A stretch of DNA of 48,149 nt. It comes from Chitinivibrionales bacterium (lineage in GTDB: Bacteria > Fibrobacterota > Chitinivibrionia > Chitinivibrionales > WJKA01). The first letter of the stretch is position 1. Each line of letters starts with the position of its first letter. Shown one piece after another: positions 1-10,862 of the stretch. The stretch is from the NCBI GenBank assembly GCA_038247415.1, contig JBBRUX010000030.1, forward strand, positions 1 through 48,149, in the 5' to 3' direction. The position numbers and the translations under genes are program-made. The notes beneath the pieces were generated by a model, which saw only the letters and a program-made list of their open reading frames with translations, was not told the origin of the DNA and searched no databases.

Positions 1-141
1 GAAATGATTATGCCTGGAGATAATGCAGAAATCGAAGTTGAGCTTCATGTTCCAGTGGCAATGGAAAAAGAACTACGCTTCGCAATCCGCGAAGGTGGTC
101 GTACTGTTGGTGCCGGTGTTGTAACTGAAATTATCGAGTAA
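1..141 (+). CDS. tuf: Elongation factor Tu, C-terminal fragment (5' partial)
   Basis: Frame 1 reads [46 protein letters not shown], the EF-Tu C-terminus; directly upstream of rpsJ. Confidence 0.98.
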   Translation, partial: EMIMPGDNAEIEVELHVPVAMEKELRFAIREGGRTVGAGVVTEIIE

Positions 142-155
142 CGAGGAGACAAATC

Positions 156-464
156 GTGGCTGGAGAAAGAATTAGAATTCGGTTGAAGTCATTCGATCAC
201 AATATTCTCGATAAGTCGGCTTCCGACATCGTTCGTACAGCAAAGGGAACAGGTGCCCGAATTTCTGGACCAGTTCCACTGCCAACCGAAAAGTCGGTTT
301 ATACGGTATTACGTTCGCCGCACGTTAATAAAAAATCGCGTGAACAGTTCGAAACCAGAACACATAAAAGACTTATCGATATTCTCGAGTCTACACCCCA
401 AACGGTTGATTCGCTGATGAAGCTTGATCTTCCCGCTGGTGTTGATGTAGAAATTAAAGTTTAG
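156..464 (+). CDS. rpsJ: 30S ribosomal protein S10
   Basis: [33 protein letters not shown] start after GAGGAG. Confidence 0.99.
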   Translation: MAGERIRIRLKSFDHNILDKSASDIVRTAKGTGARISGPVPLPTEKSVYTVLRSPHVNKKSREQFETRTHKRLIDILESTPQTVDSLMKLDLPAGVDVEIKV

Positions 465-530
465 TCTGGTGTTGTTTCTGCGGAAGCAGAGAATGCTATC
501 ATGTATCAAAAGAAAATGGAACGCTGATAT

Positions 531-1157
531 ATGCAAGGATTAATAGGTAGAAAAGTTGGAATGTCTCGTTTGTTTGATACAAAGACAGGTGAATCAATTC
601 CTGTAACTATTATTCAAACTGGTACAAATGTTGTCCATCAGATCAAGACAGTAGAAAATGATGGTTATAGTGCAGTTCAGCTTGGTTTTGATGCTTGCAA
701 AGAAACTAAATTAACAAAGCCAGAACTTGGTCATGTTAAAAAACATGGCGGCGTTGCAACACGAATTATCAAAGAATTTGATATTGACGAATCGGATAAA
801 GAGCTCGCTGCTGGTCAAAGAATTGGTGTTGAAATTTTTGAAAACACCAAAGAAGTTGACGTTGTGGGAACATCAAAAGGCCGAGGTTTTGCTGGTGTTA
901 TCAAGCGTTATAATTTCCGTCGTGGACGTGAAACTCATGGTAGCAAAAACCATCGCACTCGTGGTTCTGTTGGTTCTAATACCTTTCCAGCACGTGTGTT
1001 TCCAGGCTTAAAAATGGCTGGACATCATGGTAATAGCCAAGTAACAGTAAAGAGACTTTCAGTAGTTTCATGTGATAAAGAGAATGGTGTTATCATTGTG
1101 CGTGGTGCAATACCTGGCCCAACGAATGGTGTCGTTTTTGTAAAGAAGTTCAAATAA
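531..1157 (+). CDS. rplC: 50S ribosomal protein L3
   Basis: GRKVGM, DGYSAVQLG, SKGRGFAGVIKR, MAGHHG; operon position. Confidence 0.99.
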   Translation: MQGLIGRKVGMSRLFDTKTGESIPVTIIQTGTNVVHQIKTVENDGYSAVQLGFDACKETKLTKPELGHVKKHGGVATRIIKEFDIDESDKELAAGQRIGVEIFENTKEVDVVGTSKGRGFAGVIKRYNFRRGRETHGSKNHRTRGSVGSNTFPARVFPGLKMAGHHGNSQVTVKRLSVVSCDKENGVIIVRGAIPGPTNGVVFVKKFK

Positions 1158-1190
1158 TCGTAACGATTTCTTATAAAGGTTAATCATTTT

Positions 1191-1820
1191 ATGAAGGCAA
1201 AAGTATTTTCTGACGAAGGCAAATCGGTAGGCGAGTTTGATCTACCAGAATCTGTATTTAATGCAGAGGTTAATGAGCACCTTCTTCATCAGGTTATTAC
1301 TTCCTATTTGGCAAATCAACGCCAAGGTACTTCCAAGACAAAAGGTCGGGATGAAGTAAGTGGTGGTGGAAAGAAGCCTTGGAAGCAAAAAGGAACTGGA
1401 CGTGCACGTGCAGGTTCAAACACATCTCCTTTATGGGTGCGTGGTGGAAAAGCTTTCGGTCCAGAACCACGGGATTATTATTCAACCATCCCTCAAAAAA
1501 TGCGCCGATTGGCTTTGAAGAGTGCTTTTTCTACTCGTGCAAAAGATGACAAAATTATAATTTTGTCTAAATTAGCCTATGATGCACCAAAAACTCAAAA
1601 AATTGTATCTCTTCTGAGCGCCATGAATGTTAATGGTAAAAAGAATTTGCTTATTATAGATGCAAAAGAGAATCCAAATGTGTATCTTTCAGGCAGAAAT
1701 GTTAAGTGCTTACAGGTAACCCCTGTTTCCGAACTAACTGCATACGATATTCTCAAGAACGATAATATTGTTTTTGGTTCACAGGAATTAATCAAAAAAG
1801 TTGAAGAGGCGGTAGCATAG
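1191..1820 (+). CDS. rplD: 50S ribosomal protein L4
   Basis: [24 protein letters not shown]. Confidence 0.99.
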   Translation: MKAKVFSDEGKSVGEFDLPESVFNAEVNEHLLHQVITSYLANQRQGTSKTKGRDEVSGGGKKPWKQKGTGRARAGSNTSPLWVRGGKAFGPEPRDYYSTIPQKMRRLALKSAFSTRAKDDKIIILSKLAYDAPKTQKIVSLLSAMNVNGKKNLLIIDAKENPNVYLSGRNVKCLQVTPVSELTAYDILKNDNIVFGSQELIKKVEEAVA

Positions 1821-2110
1821 TGAGTATCCATCATCAAATTATTTACAGTCCATCGATAACAGAAAAAAACACCCAGCTTAGGGCTGAACAAAACAAATAT
1901 GTTTTTGAAGTAGCGCTTAAGTCAACTAAGACACAAATACGGGCAGCAATCGAGAAGCTTTTTAATGTCAAGGTTGTAAAAATCAATACGATCATTACGC
2001 TTGGTAAGCAAAAGCGTATGGGTCGGTTTTCTGGTTATCGGTCAGATCGCAAAAAGGCAATTGTTAAGCTTGCCGAAGGTCAAACGATAAAGCAGTTTGG
2101 TGAAGTTTAA
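1820..2110 (+). CDS. rplW: 50S ribosomal protein L23
   Basis: PSITEK, YVFEV, KKAIVKL; GTG start overlaps the rplD TAG. Confidence 0.98.
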   Translation: MSIHHQIIYSPSITEKNTQLRAEQNKYVFEVALKSTKTQIRAAIEKLFNVKVVKINTIITLGKQKRMGRFSGYRSDRKKAIVKLAEGQTIKQFGEV

Positions 2111-2151
2111 TCACGATTATCTGAGAAACGAAGCATAGAGAGCGAAGATAT

Positions 2152-2985
2152 ATGGCAACGAAATCTTTCCGTCCGGTAACTCCAACACTGCGTTACAAAA
2201 CTGTTCTTGTAAGAGATCAGATTACAACCGATACTCCTTATGCACCATTGCTGGTGTCTCAAAAGAAGAGCGGTGGACGAAATAACCATGGCCGTCTTAC
2301 ATCGCGTCATCGTGGTGGTGGGTCAAAACAATCTTATCGAATCATCGATTTTAAAAGAAATAAGTTTGGTATTTCGGGTGTTGTAGAAACTGTTGAATAC
2401 GATCCTAATCGCACTTGTCATATTGCTCTTGTAAAGTATCCCGACGGAGAACGTCGCTATATACTTGCTACTGTTACTATGAAAGTTGGTCAGGTTGTGG
2501 GATCAGGGGATGGAACTCCTATCGCAGATGGTAATTGCCTTCGTTTGCGCGATATTCCGCTTAATACTCTTGTTCATAACGTTGAAATGCGTGAAGGTAA
2601 AGGCGGCCAAATGGCGCGCAGTGCTGGAAACGCAGCCGAAATTATAGCAAAAGAAAATGGTCTTGTTCAATTGAAGTTGCCTTCTACAGAAGTGCGCAAT
2701 GTGAGCGAAAAATGCATGGCAACTATTGGTCAAGTAAGTAATTTAGAACATATGAATGTTGTTATTGGTTCTGCTGGTAGAAATCGCTGGTTGGGGAAGC
2801 GTCCTCACGTTCGCGGTGTTGCCATGAACCCTGTCGATCATCCAATGGGTGGAGGAGAAGGAAAAACATCTGGTGGTGGACATCCAGTTTCTCCTTGGGG
2901 TCAAAAGTCAAAAGGACTTAAAACACGTAATCCACGAAAAACTTCAAGTAAAGATATTGTGAAGCGTAGAACAAAAAAGAACTGA
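2152..2985 (+). CDS. rplB: 50S ribosomal protein L2
   Basis: [31 protein letters not shown]. Confidence 0.99.
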   Translation: MATKSFRPVTPTLRYKTVLVRDQITTDTPYAPLLVSQKKSGGRNNHGRLTSRHRGGGSKQSYRIIDFKRNKFGISGVVETVEYDPNRTCHIALVKYPDGERRYILATVTMKVGQVVGSGDGTPIADGNCLRLRDIPLNTLVHNVEMREGKGGQMARSAGNAAEIIAKENGLVQLKLPSTEVRNVSEKCMATIGQVSNLEHMNVVIGSAGRNRWLGKRPHVRGVAMNPVDHPMGGGEGKTSGGGHPVSPWGQKSKGLKTRNPRKTSSKDIVKRRTKKN

Positions 2986-3000
2986 AGAGGTAAATGATTT

Positions 3001-3288
3001 ATGGCTCGTTCAGTGAAAAAAGGCCCGTTTATTGATGGCCACCTGCTTAAGAAAGTCGTCGACATGAATAAGTCGGGACAGAAAAAAGTGATCAAAACCT
3101 GGTCCAGGAGATCAACTATTCTGCCTGAATTTGTCGGTCTTACATTTTCATTGCATAACGGGAATAAGTTTATCCCAGTATATGTGACAGAAAATATGGT
3201 TGGTCATAAGATGGGTGAATTCGCGCCATCTCGTCAATTTCGTGGTCATGGCGGCCATGTTAGAACCGATAAAGGTGCATCGGCATAA
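3001..3288 (+). CDS. rpsS: 30S ribosomal protein S19
   Basis: [26 protein letters not shown]. Confidence 0.99.
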   Translation: MARSVKKGPFIDGHLLKKVVDMNKSGQKKVIKTWSRRSTILPEFVGLTFSLHNGNKFIPVYVTENMVGHKMGEFAPSRQFRGHGGHVRTDKGASA

Positions 3289-3314
3289 TGCCAATTTCTG
3301 GTAAGGAGTAATTT

Positions 3315-3656
3315 GTGGAATCTGTGGCTTCAGCAAAACACGTCGGAACAACTGCACGCAAAGCGCGTCTTGTTGCCGATGCAATTAAAGGTAGAAAAGT
3401 TAGCGAGGCACTGAGCCTTCTCGATCTCACCATTAAGAAAAATGTTTCTGGTGATTTTTCGAAGCTTGTTAAAGCTGCTGTTGCAAATATGCAGAGTAAG
3501 CACACCGAAACTAACGTAGACGTTGATGTACTGCAAATAAAGCATGTACGCGTTGATCAAGGTGCAACTTTGAAGCGTTCTCGTGCCATGGCACAAGGTC
3601 GGAGTGGTAGAATTCTAAAGCGTATGTGTCACATTTCTCTCGTTATTTCGGATTAA
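3315..3656 (+). CDS. rplV: 50S ribosomal protein L22
   Basis: [28 protein letters not shown]; position between rpsS and rpsC. Confidence 0.97.
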   Translation: MESVASAKHVGTTARKARLVADAIKGRKVSEALSLLDLTIKKNVSGDFSKLVKAAVANMQSKHTETNVDVDVLQIKHVRVDQGATLKRSRAMAQGRSGRILKRMCHISLVISD

Positions 3657-3667
3657 GGGGGAAGAGG

Positions 3668-4345
3668 TTGGGTCAGAAAACTAGTCCTACAGGTTTACGT
3701 CTTGGTATTAATAAAACATGGCTGTCTAATTGGTATGCAAAAGATAAGTTTGCAGACTATTTATACGAAGATTTTGTTATCCGTAGCTATCTTAAGAAGC
3801 GTCTTGAGCATGGCGGAATATCAAGTATAAAAATAGAGCGTACTGCAAAGAAAATTATTGTTACCATCAATACTTCACGACCAGGTATTGTTATTGGTAA
3901 AAAAGGTGAAGAAGTAGAACGTCTCAAAGGCGAACTTCAGCATCTTACTCAAAAAGAAATACAAATTAATATCAAAGAAGTTAAGAAGCCAGAAATGGAT
4001 TCTCAGCTGGTTGGTGATAATATTGCACGCCAGATTGAAAAGCGTGTTGCCTACAAAAAGGCTATTAAGAAAGCTATACAAACAGCAATCCGTATGGGCG
4101 CTGAAGGTATTAAAATTACTATTGGTGGCCGACTTAATGGCGCCGAAATTGCTCGCGTAGAAACATTTAAAGAAGGTCGCACTCCGTTGCATACTCTGCG
4201 TGCAGATATCGACTATGCAACATCAACAGCTCATACAACGTATGGTTGCATTGGTGTGAAAGTCTGGATTTGCAAAGGCGAAGTAATTAATCGTAGCGAA
4301 AAGCATGCTCCTGCAGACTCTCGTGAATCAACCCGTGCTGCATAA
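3668..4345 (+). CDS. rpsC: 30S ribosomal protein S3
   Basis: Start moved to TTG at 3668 ([13 protein letters not shown]); [31 protein letters not shown]. Confidence 0.98.
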   Translation: MGQKTSPTGLRLGINKTWLSNWYAKDKFADYLYEDFVIRSYLKKRLEHGGISSIKIERTAKKIIVTINTSRPGIVIGKKGEEVERLKGELQHLTQKEIQINIKEVKKPEMDSQLVGDNIARQIEKRVAYKKAIKKAIQTAIRMGAEGIKITIGGRLNGAEIARVETFKEGRTPLHTLRADIDYATSTAHTTYGCIGVKVWICKGEVINRSEKHAPADSRESTRAA

Positions 4346-4368
4346 GGTAAGGAAGGGATAGATACAAC

Positions 4369-4785
4369 ATGTTAGCTCCTAAGAAGGTTAAGTATCGCAA
4401 ACAACAACGTGGTCGCATGAAGCGTATGGCTACTCGTTGCAATAAGCTTGATTTCGGTGAATTCGGAATGCAGGCTTTACAGCCTGCATGGATCGACTCT
4501 CGCCAAATTGAAGCGGCACGTATTGCAATGACACGTTTTGTTAAACGTGGTGGCAAAGTCTGGATTCGTATTTTTCCCGATAAACCGTATACGAAGCATC
4601 CTGCTGAATCTCGTATGGGTAAAGGAAAAGGGGCTCCTGAAGGTTGGGTAGCTGTTGTGCGTCCTGGCACGATGATGTTTGAGATGGCAGGTGTAAAGAG
4701 TGAAGTTGCAAAAGAGGCTATGCGTCTTGCTGCGCAAAAACTTCCGATCCGTACAAAATTCGTCGAACTTGATCAAGTAGGATAA
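4369..4785 (+). CDS. rplP: 50S ribosomal protein L16
   Basis: [24 protein letters not shown]. Confidence 0.99.
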   Translation: MLAPKKVKYRKQQRGRMKRMATRCNKLDFGEFGMQALQPAWIDSRQIEAARIAMTRFVKRGGKVWIRIFPDKPYTKHPAESRMGKGKGAPEGWVAVVRPGTMMFEMAGVKSEVAKEAMRLAAQKLPIRTKFVELDQVG

Positions 4786-4789
4786 ACTT

Positions 4790-4987
4790 ATGAAGGCAAA
4801 AGAGATTCGTGAATTATCACCTGCAGAAATTAGCTCAAAAGTAGCTGGGATGGAAGAAGAACTCTTCAATCTTCGCTTTCAGGGTAAAATGCAGCAATTA
4901 AGTAATCCACTTAGAATTCGCCAAGTACGTCGCGAAATTGCGCGTGCAAAAACGATTCTAAATGAGAAAAAAGTAACCAGCAAATAA
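4790..4987 (+). CDS. rpmC: 50S ribosomal protein L29
   Basis: ELFNLRFQ, IRQVRREIARAKT. Confidence 0.98.
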   Translation: MKAKEIRELSPAEISSKVAGMEEELFNLRFQGKMQQLSNPLRIRQVRREIARAKTILNEKKVTSK

Positions 4988-5011
4988 CTTTCATTCCGGT
5001 AGGGAAAGCCA

Positions 5012-5269
5012 ATGTTGCAGAGAAATGCACGCAAGGAACGAGTCGGAGTTGTTGTCAGCGATAAAATGGACAAGACAGTTATTGTCACTATTCGCCGTCA
5101 AGTTACGCATCCTAAATATGGACGCATTTTGTGGCAGAATAAAAAATATGTCGCTCACGATGAAGAAAATGCCTGTGGTATTGGCGATACAGTTAGTATT
5201 GTCGAAACCCGTCCGCTTTCTAAGACAAAGCGGTGGCGTGTTGGTGCTATAGTAGAAAAAGCTAAATAA
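5012..5269 (+). CDS. rpsQ: 30S ribosomal protein S17
   Basis: [27 protein letters not shown]. Confidence 0.99.
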   Translation: MLQRNARKERVGVVVSDKMDKTVIVTIRRQVTHPKYGRILWQNKKYVAHDEENACGIGDTVSIVETRPLSKTKRWRVGAIVEKAK

Positions 5270-5312
5270 CGTCTTGTCTACAACTACATACTAAAGTCAG
5301 GTCGGGATCACC

Positions 5313-5681
5313 ATGATTCAAGTGTTAACGAATTTAAATGTCGCGGATAACTCTGGTGCGAAAAAAGTCCAGTGTATCCGAGTATTGGGCGGTACTCGTC
5401 GTCGATATGCCTATGTTGGCGATGTAATAATTGTAGCAGTTAAAGATGCTATTCCAAATGCGCCAGTTAAAAAAGGTTCAGTTGCTCGTGCGGTTATCGT
5501 GAGGACTAGAAAAGAGTTTGGTCGTAAAGACGGTACTTTTATTCGGTTCAGTGATAATGCAGCAGTTATTGTAAATGACGCTGGCGAACCTAAAGGCACC
5601 CGCATTTTTGGGCCAGTTGCAAGGGAGTTGCGTGAAAGAAAATTTATGCGAATTGCATCTTTAGCACCAGAAGTACTGTGA
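5313..5681 (+). CDS. rplN: 50S ribosomal protein L14
   Basis: [28 protein letters not shown]. Confidence 0.99.
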   Translation: MIQVLTNLNVADNSGAKKVQCIRVLGGTRRRYAYVGDVIIVAVKDAIPNAPVKKGSVARAVIVRTRKEFGRKDGTFIRFSDNAAVIVNDAGEPKGTRIFGPVARELRERKFMRIASLAPEVL

Positions 5682-5694
5682 GACAGGAGAAGAT

Positions 5695-6012
5695 ATGTCT
5701 TTAAGACTTAAAAAGAACGATAATGTGATGATTATTGCTGGCGATAATAAAGGTCAAAGTGGCCGGATTATTCGTGTTATACCAGACAAAAGTGTGGCCA
5801 TGGTAGAGGGTAAAAACCTTGTTAAGCGTCATACAAAGCCTAATCGTAAAAATCAGCAGGGCGGTATTTTAGAGCAAGAAGCTCCAATCCATCTTTCTAA
5901 TCTGATGTATATCGATGGCAAATCAAACAAGCCGTCACGTATTGGGATCAAAACCCTTGAAAATGGCAAACGTGTTCGTTTTTCAATAAAGGCTAAGGAG
6001 TTGGTAGATTGA
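5695..6012 (+). CDS. rplX: 50S ribosomal protein L24
   Basis: KOW-like [24 protein letters not shown]. Confidence 0.98.
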   Translation: MSLRLKKNDNVMIIAGDNKGQSGRIIRVIPDKSVAMVEGKNLVKRHTKPNRKNQQGGILEQEAPIHLSNLMYIDGKSNKPSRIGIKTLENGKRVRFSIKAKELVD

Positions 6013-6572
6013 GTACTGCAACAAAAAAACCTCTCCCGCGTCTGCGTGAGAAATACATCAAAGAAGTTGTTCCTGCTTTGCAGAAACGCCTTGGCATTAA
6101 AAATGTCATGCAAGTTCCAAAACTCGATAAAATAGTTTTAAATATCGGGATGGGACGAGCTGTTTCTGAACCAAAACTTATTGAGGAAGCCTCAAATATT
6201 CTTCGTGATATCACTGGCCAGAAGCCTGTTATCACTCGGTCTAAGAAGGCAATTTCAAATTTTAAGCTGCGTGAAAATCTTGCAATCGGTTGTAAAGTTA
6301 CGCTTCGAGCTGCAAAAATGTATGAATTTTTCGACAGGCTTGTTGCTGTTGCAATACCTCGTATCCGAGATTTTCGTGGTGTTGGACGCAAGGCATTTGA
6401 TGGTCGTGGAAATTATACCCTCGGCATCAAAGAGCAAATAGTATTTTTAGAAGTTGATCGGGATAAAGTGAGCTCAATTTATGGTATGGATATTTGCATC
6501 TGCACAACCGCAGAAACCGATGCCTATGCATTGGCATTACTCGAAGAAATGGGTATGCCATTTCGGAAATAA
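6009..6572 (+). CDS. rplE: 50S ribosomal protein L5
   Basis: [30 protein letters not shown]. Confidence 0.99.
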   Translation: MSTATKKPLPRLREKYIKEVVPALQKRLGIKNVMQVPKLDKIVLNIGMGRAVSEPKLIEEASNILRDITGQKPVITRSKKAISNFKLRENLAIGCKVTLRAAKMYEFFDRLVAVAIPRIRDFRGVGRKAFDGRGNYTLGIKEQIVFLEVDRDKVSSIYGMDICICTTAETDAYALALLEEMGMPFRK

Positions 6573-6587
6573 CCAAGGAGAAATGAA

Positions 6588-6773
6588 GTGGCGCGTAAGG
6601 CCTTGATTGAAAAGTGTAGAAAAAAACCAAAATTTGCAGTTCGTGCGTATAACCGTTGCAGGAAATGCGGCCGTCAACGCGGATATTATAAACATTTCGG
6701 TTTGTGCAGAATTTGCTTTCGTGAAATGGCGCTTGCAGGATTAATTCCTGGAGTTACTAAGTCAAGCTGGTAA
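6588..6773 (+). CDS. rpsN: 30S ribosomal protein S14, short zinc-binding (type Z) form
   Basis: 61 aa with CRKC and CRIC zinc motifs, ends PGVTKSSW. Confidence 0.98.
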   Translation: MARKALIEKCRKKPKFAVRAYNRCRKCGRQRGYYKHFGLCRICFREMALAGLIPGVTKSSW

Positions 6774-6808
6774 ATGATTTTAACAGGTTCCCAAAGGAGT
6801 AGATTGCG

Positions 6809-7204
6809 ATGTTGACTGATCAGGTAGCGGATATGTTTACCCGTGTACGCAATGCGATTCAGGCCCAGAAGCGGACTGTTACAATACCAGCTTCGAAGTT
6901 AAAGAAAGAACTTGCACGTATTTTGCATGAAAATCATTTCATTGCCAAGTATGCTTTTGTTGAGGATGCCAAACAAGGTCAAATCAAAGTGCTCCTAAAG
7001 TACGATGATGACATGAATAGTGCTATTCAGGGCATCAAGCGAGTAAGTACACCTGGCCGTAAGGTTTACGCATCTGTTGATGAATTACCCAAGGTTCTTA
7101 ACGGTATGGGTATTGCAATCGTAACAACCTCAAAGGGTGTTATAACAGATCGCGATTGTCGAAAGATGAATATCGGTGGCGAAGTTATCGGTCTTGTCTG
7201 GTAA
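6809..7204 (+). CDS. rpsH: 30S ribosomal protein S8
   Basis: DQVADMFTRVRNA, STPGRKVY, GGEVI. Confidence 0.99.
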   Translation: MLTDQVADMFTRVRNAIQAQKRTVTIPASKLKKELARILHENHFIAKYAFVEDAKQGQIKVLLKYDDDMNSAIQGIKRVSTPGRKVYASVDELPKVLNGMGIAIVTTSKGVITDRDCRKMNIGGEVIGLVW

Positions 7205-7234
7205 CTGAAAACTTAAGCAAACAGGAGTTTCATT

Positions 7235-7774
7235 GTGTCTCGTATTGGAAAAATGCCTATAGCCCTTCCTAAGGGTGTTGAGGTTAAAAAAGACGGAAAG
7301 TTAGTGTCAGTCAAGGGCCCAAAAGGTGTGTTGACACGGGAAATCCCTGATACCTTTACAGTGACAATTGAAAACAATCATGTTTTGTGTATGCCCAAAG
7401 TAGTGTCTGCTGATATTAAGGCATTGTGGGGCCTTTACCGCATGCTCATTCAAAATATGGCTATCGGTGTATCTGATGGATATAAAATTGGGCTTGAAGT
7501 TGTTGGAGTTGGTTATAAGGCCGAACTTAAAGGAAAAGATTTAAAGGTGGCCTGTGGCTATTCAGATCCAGTAAATTTCACATGCCTGCCTGGAATTGTC
7601 TTTACCGTAGAGGGTCAGACAAAAATTTTTATCGAAGGTATCGATAAAGAGCTTGTGGGACGAGTAGCATCGTCAATTCGATCAGTCCGTCCTCCCGAAC
7701 CGTATAAGGGTAAGGGTATTAGATATATTGGTGAAGTTGTTAGATCCAAGGCTGGTAAAGCCGCGGTCAAGTGA
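7235..7774 (+). CDS. rplF: 50S ribosomal protein L6
   Basis: MSRIGKMPI, KGPKG, RPPEPYKGKGIRY. Confidence 0.99.
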   Translation: MSRIGKMPIALPKGVEVKKDGKLVSVKGPKGVLTREIPDTFTVTIENNHVLCMPKVVSADIKALWGLYRMLIQNMAIGVSDGYKIGLEVVGVGYKAELKGKDLKVACGYSDPVNFTCLPGIVFTVEGQTKIFIEGIDKELVGRVASSIRSVRPPEPYKGKGIRYIGEVVRSKAGKAAVK

Positions 7775-7803
7775 TCACAGGAATATAAAGAGAGTATTAA
7801 CAC

Positions 7804-8181
7804 ATGGAAACAGCTAAGAAGAGAATTGTCGAGCGAAAAAAGCGTGCCTTTAGAATTCGCAAAAAAATTGAAGGTACAGCTGATCGTCCTCGTCTTTGTG
7901 TTCGTCGCACACTTAAGCATATGTATGCTCAAATTGTTGATGACATTTCACAAACAACTATCGCTCAGGTTGGTAGCACTAGCAAAGAAGTTGCAGCAAT
8001 TCTTGCTGCAGCCGAGAAAAAGTCTAAGGTTGATGTTTCTGCAGTAATTGGTGGAATTATCGCTGATAAGGCAAAAGATAAAGGTGTAACAACGGTTGTA
8101 TTCGATCGCAAAGGATACGCCTATCACGGACGTGTAAAAGCCCTGGCTGAAGCTGCACGGGCAAAAGGTCTCGTGTTTTGA
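7804..8181 (+). CDS. rplR: 50S ribosomal protein L18
   Basis: GTADRPRL, VVFDRKGYAYHGRVKALAEAAR. Confidence 0.99.
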   Translation: METAKKRIVERKKRAFRIRKKIEGTADRPRLCVRRTLKHMYAQIVDDISQTTIAQVGSTSKEVAAILAAAEKKSKVDVSAVIGGIIADKAKDKGVTTVVFDRKGYAYHGRVKALAEAARAKGLVF

Positions 8182-8209
8182 TCGTAGTACTTGAAAGGAG
8201 CAATGGGCT

Positions 8210-8707
8210 TTGAGCAATTCAGACGCTTTGACAACAAAAACCGATAACGAGGCCAACGAACGACTTATTGCAGTTAATCGCGTTGCAAAAGTTGTAAAAG
8301 GTGGACGTCGGTTTGGATTTAATGCATTAGTCGCTGTCGGTAATGGCAGTGGCAAAGTGTCTATCGCTATGGGAAAAGCAAAGGATGTAACCGAAGCTAT
8401 TCGTAAAGCCATGGATAACGCAAAAAAGAGAATGGTAACAGTAAGTATTGTAGATGGAACAATTCCTCATGAAGTAATTGGTAAATGGGGCGCTGCTCGC
8501 ATCATGCTTAAACCTGCCGCGCCTGGTACTGGTGTTATTGCTGGTGGACCTGCACGTGCAATTCTTGAACTTGCAGGAGTTCGCAACATTCTTACTAAAT
8601 GCCTTGGAACTACTAATGCTCACAATGTGGCTCGTGCCACGCTAAATGGTTTGCAGCAGATCAAGACCATAGAGCAGATTAAAGCTCTTCGGCAGATTGC
8701 TGATTAA
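8210..8707 (+). CDS. rpsE: 30S ribosomal protein S5
   Basis: VNRVAKVVKGGRRF, PAAPGTGVIAGG; TTG start 9 nt after AGGAG. Confidence 0.99.
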   Translation: MSNSDALTTKTDNEANERLIAVNRVAKVVKGGRRFGFNALVAVGNGSGKVSIAMGKAKDVTEAIRKAMDNAKKRMVTVSIVDGTIPHEVIGKWGAARIMLKPAAPGTGVIAGGPARAILELAGVRNILTKCLGTTNAHNVARATLNGLQQIKTIEQIKALRQIAD

Positions 8708-8724
8708 CAAGAGGGACTATTCGT

Positions 8725-8907
8725 ATGGCTAAATCAATCAAGATTACTCAGGTGAAGAGCGTTATTGGACGGTTGGAGAATCAAAAACGGACAATTAAGG
8801 CACTTGGTATAAAGAGAAATGGTACAAGTGTCATTCATGCTGATACCCCGGCAATCCGTGGTATGGTAGGTAGTGTTCGGCATCTGGTTACTGTAGAAGA
8901 ACAATAA
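8725..8907 (+). CDS. rpmD: 50S ribosomal protein L30
   Basis: IKITQVKSVIG, TPAIRGM, VRHLV. Confidence 0.98.
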   Translation: MAKSIKITQVKSVIGRLENQKRTIKALGIKRNGTSVIHADTPAIRGMVGSVRHLVTVEEQ

Positions 8908-8917
8908 GGAGAGAATT

Positions 8918-9373
8918 GTGGTTACTCTTAATTCAATAGCATCAAATCCCGGATCCAGAAAAGTTAAACATCGTGTTGGGCGAGGTACCGGTAGCGGTTC
9001 TGGCTCTACTTCTGGGTATGGTAATAATGGAGATAAGTGCCGAAGTGGACGTAAGCAAAAGGCTTACTTCGAAGGTGGGGAAACTCCAATGTCGCGCCGT
9101 ATTGGAAAATTTGGATTTGTGCATGCTCGTGCAGTGACATATCAGATTGTAAACCTTCGTGATATAAACAAGATTCAATTTTCAGAAAAAGAAATTGATG
9201 TTGCTTGGATGCGCGATAAAGGTTTAGTTCATAATGCATCGCATGCTGTAAAAATCCTTGGTACTGGGGAATTTACAAAAAGTGTTGTAATTAAGGCCCA
9301 CGCATTTTCTGCATCTGCAAAAGAGAAAATTGAAAAAGCAAAAGGAAAAGCAGAGGAAATTTCTCGTGTTTAA
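8918..9373 (+). CDS. rplO: 50S ribosomal protein L15
   Basis: RVGRGTGSG, FEGG, VKILGTGE, FSASAKEKIE. Confidence 0.98.
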   Translation: MVTLNSIASNPGSRKVKHRVGRGTGSGSGSTSGYGNNGDKCRSGRKQKAYFEGGETPMSRRIGKFGFVHARAVTYQIVNLRDINKIQFSEKEIDVAWMRDKGLVHNASHAVKILGTGEFTKSVVIKAHAFSASAKEKIEKAKGKAEEISRV

Positions 9374-10691
9374 AACATTTGCTAATATTTTTAGAGTACC
9401 GGAGCTTCGGAAAAAAGTTCTTTTTACTATTGGAATGATCTTTATATATCGGATAGGTAGTCATATCCCAACACCCGGCATTAATCCCTCGGTGCTTGCG
9501 GATTTTTTTGCTCAATCGCAAAATTCACTCTTTGGCATGATCGACTTGTTTGTTGGTGGTTCTTTGTATAAGGCTACCATTTTCGCCTTAGGTATTATGC
9601 CCTATATTAGTGCCTCGATCATTATTCAGCTCTTAGGCACAGTATTTCCTTATTTTCATAAATTGCAACGCGAAGGTGCTGAGGGAAGAAAAAAGATAAC
9701 TCAGTATACTCGCTATGGCACGGTTCTGCTCTCAATCATTCAAGCCGCCGCAACAAGTGTCTGGATACAAAGCATTACTTCTCCAACTACGGGCTTGCAT
9801 GCTGTTATACCTTCCATGATGGGTATTCAATTTACACTTGTTACAATAATAAGCCTCACTACTGGAACAATTTTCATAATGTGGCTTGGTGAGCAGATTA
9901 CCAATCGTGGTATTGGAAATGGTATTTCTTTTATCATCTTTATTGGTATAGTAGCACGCTTACCAGATGCTATTATAGCTGAAATTCAGCAAATATTTTC
10001 TGGTACAAGACACCCATTTTTAAGCATTCTTATTGCTGCTGTTGTTTTTGTACTCACACTTGTTATTGTGGTAATGTATCAAGCAACGCGTCGAATTCCG
10101 ATACAAACTCCTAAAAAAGTTGTCGGTGCAAAAATGTACGCAGGGCAGAATACAGTGCTTCCATTGCGATTGCTGATGGCTGGTGTTATTCCTATGATTT
10201 TTGCATCTTCGCTCATGTTTTTGCCAAGTATGCTTGGTAATTTTTTCCCAAAATCCGAATTGGTTGAAAGTTTTATGGGTATGTTTCAACCAGGAAAACC
10301 ATTATATTCGATATTTGATGCGCTTTTAATTATATTCTTTACCTATTTTTATACGGCAATCATATTTAACCCTATCGATATTGCAGATAATCTAAAGCGT
10401 TCCGGTGGTTTTATCCCAGGTATTCGACCTGGCAAGAAAACTGCCGAGTTTATTGATCGAGTTCTAACGCTTATCACATTGCCTGCATCGATCTTTCTTG
10501 CGCTGATAGCCGTTGTCCCATTTATGTTTATGGGAGCTTTAAATATTTCTTTCTACTTTGGTGGTACAAGCGTTCTTATCGTAGTGGGTGTGGCACTTGA
10601 TACTCTTCAGCAGTTGGAATCGCATCTTCAGACAAGAAATTATGATGGCTTTTTGAAAAAAGGTCGTCTGCGGGGTCGACGTTCATATTAA
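9366..10691 (+). CDS. secY: Preprotein translocase subunit SecY
   Basis: Start moved to GTG at 9366 after GAGG; FALGIMPYISASII, WLGEQIT, GIGNGIS, FIPGIRPG. Confidence 0.99.
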   Translation: MFKTFANIFRVPELRKKVLFTIGMIFIYRIGSHIPTPGINPSVLADFFAQSQNSLFGMIDLFVGGSLYKATIFALGIMPYISASIIIQLLGTVFPYFHKLQREGAEGRKKITQYTRYGTVLLSIIQAAATSVWIQSITSPTTGLHAVIPSMMGIQFTLVTIISLTTGTIFIMWLGEQITNRGIGNGISFIIFIGIVARLPDAIIAEIQQIFSGTRHPFLSILIAAVVFVLTLVIVVMYQATRRIPIQTPKKVVGAKMYAGQNTVLPLRLLMAGVIPMIFASSLMFLPSMLGNFFPKSELVESFMGMFQPGKPLYSIFDALLIIFFTYFYTAIIFNPIDIADNLKRSGGFIPGIRPGKKTAEFIDRVLTLITLPASIFLALIAVVPFMFMGALNISFYFGGTSVLIVVGVALDTLQQLESHLQTRNYDGFLKKGRLRGRRSY

Positions 10692-10715
10692 GTTTTGGTA
10701 TTAAAGGGGATTATT

Positions 10716-10832
10716 TTGAAAGTTAAAGCATCGGTTAGACCAGTTTGTAATGAATGTAAAGTAATTAAGCGCAGAGGTGTGGTTCGAGTTATCTGTGCAA
10801 AAAATCCCAAGCATAAACAACGTCAGGGATAA
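10716..10832 (+). CDS. rpmJ: 50S ribosomal protein L36 (zinc-binding form); missing from the ORF track
   Basis: TTG start; [38 protein letters not shown]. Confidence 0.98.
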   Translation: MKVKASVRPVCNECKVIKRRGVVRVICAKNPKHKQRQG

Positions 10833-10862
10833 ATATTTCCGCTCAGGAGGAGGTTGGTACAT

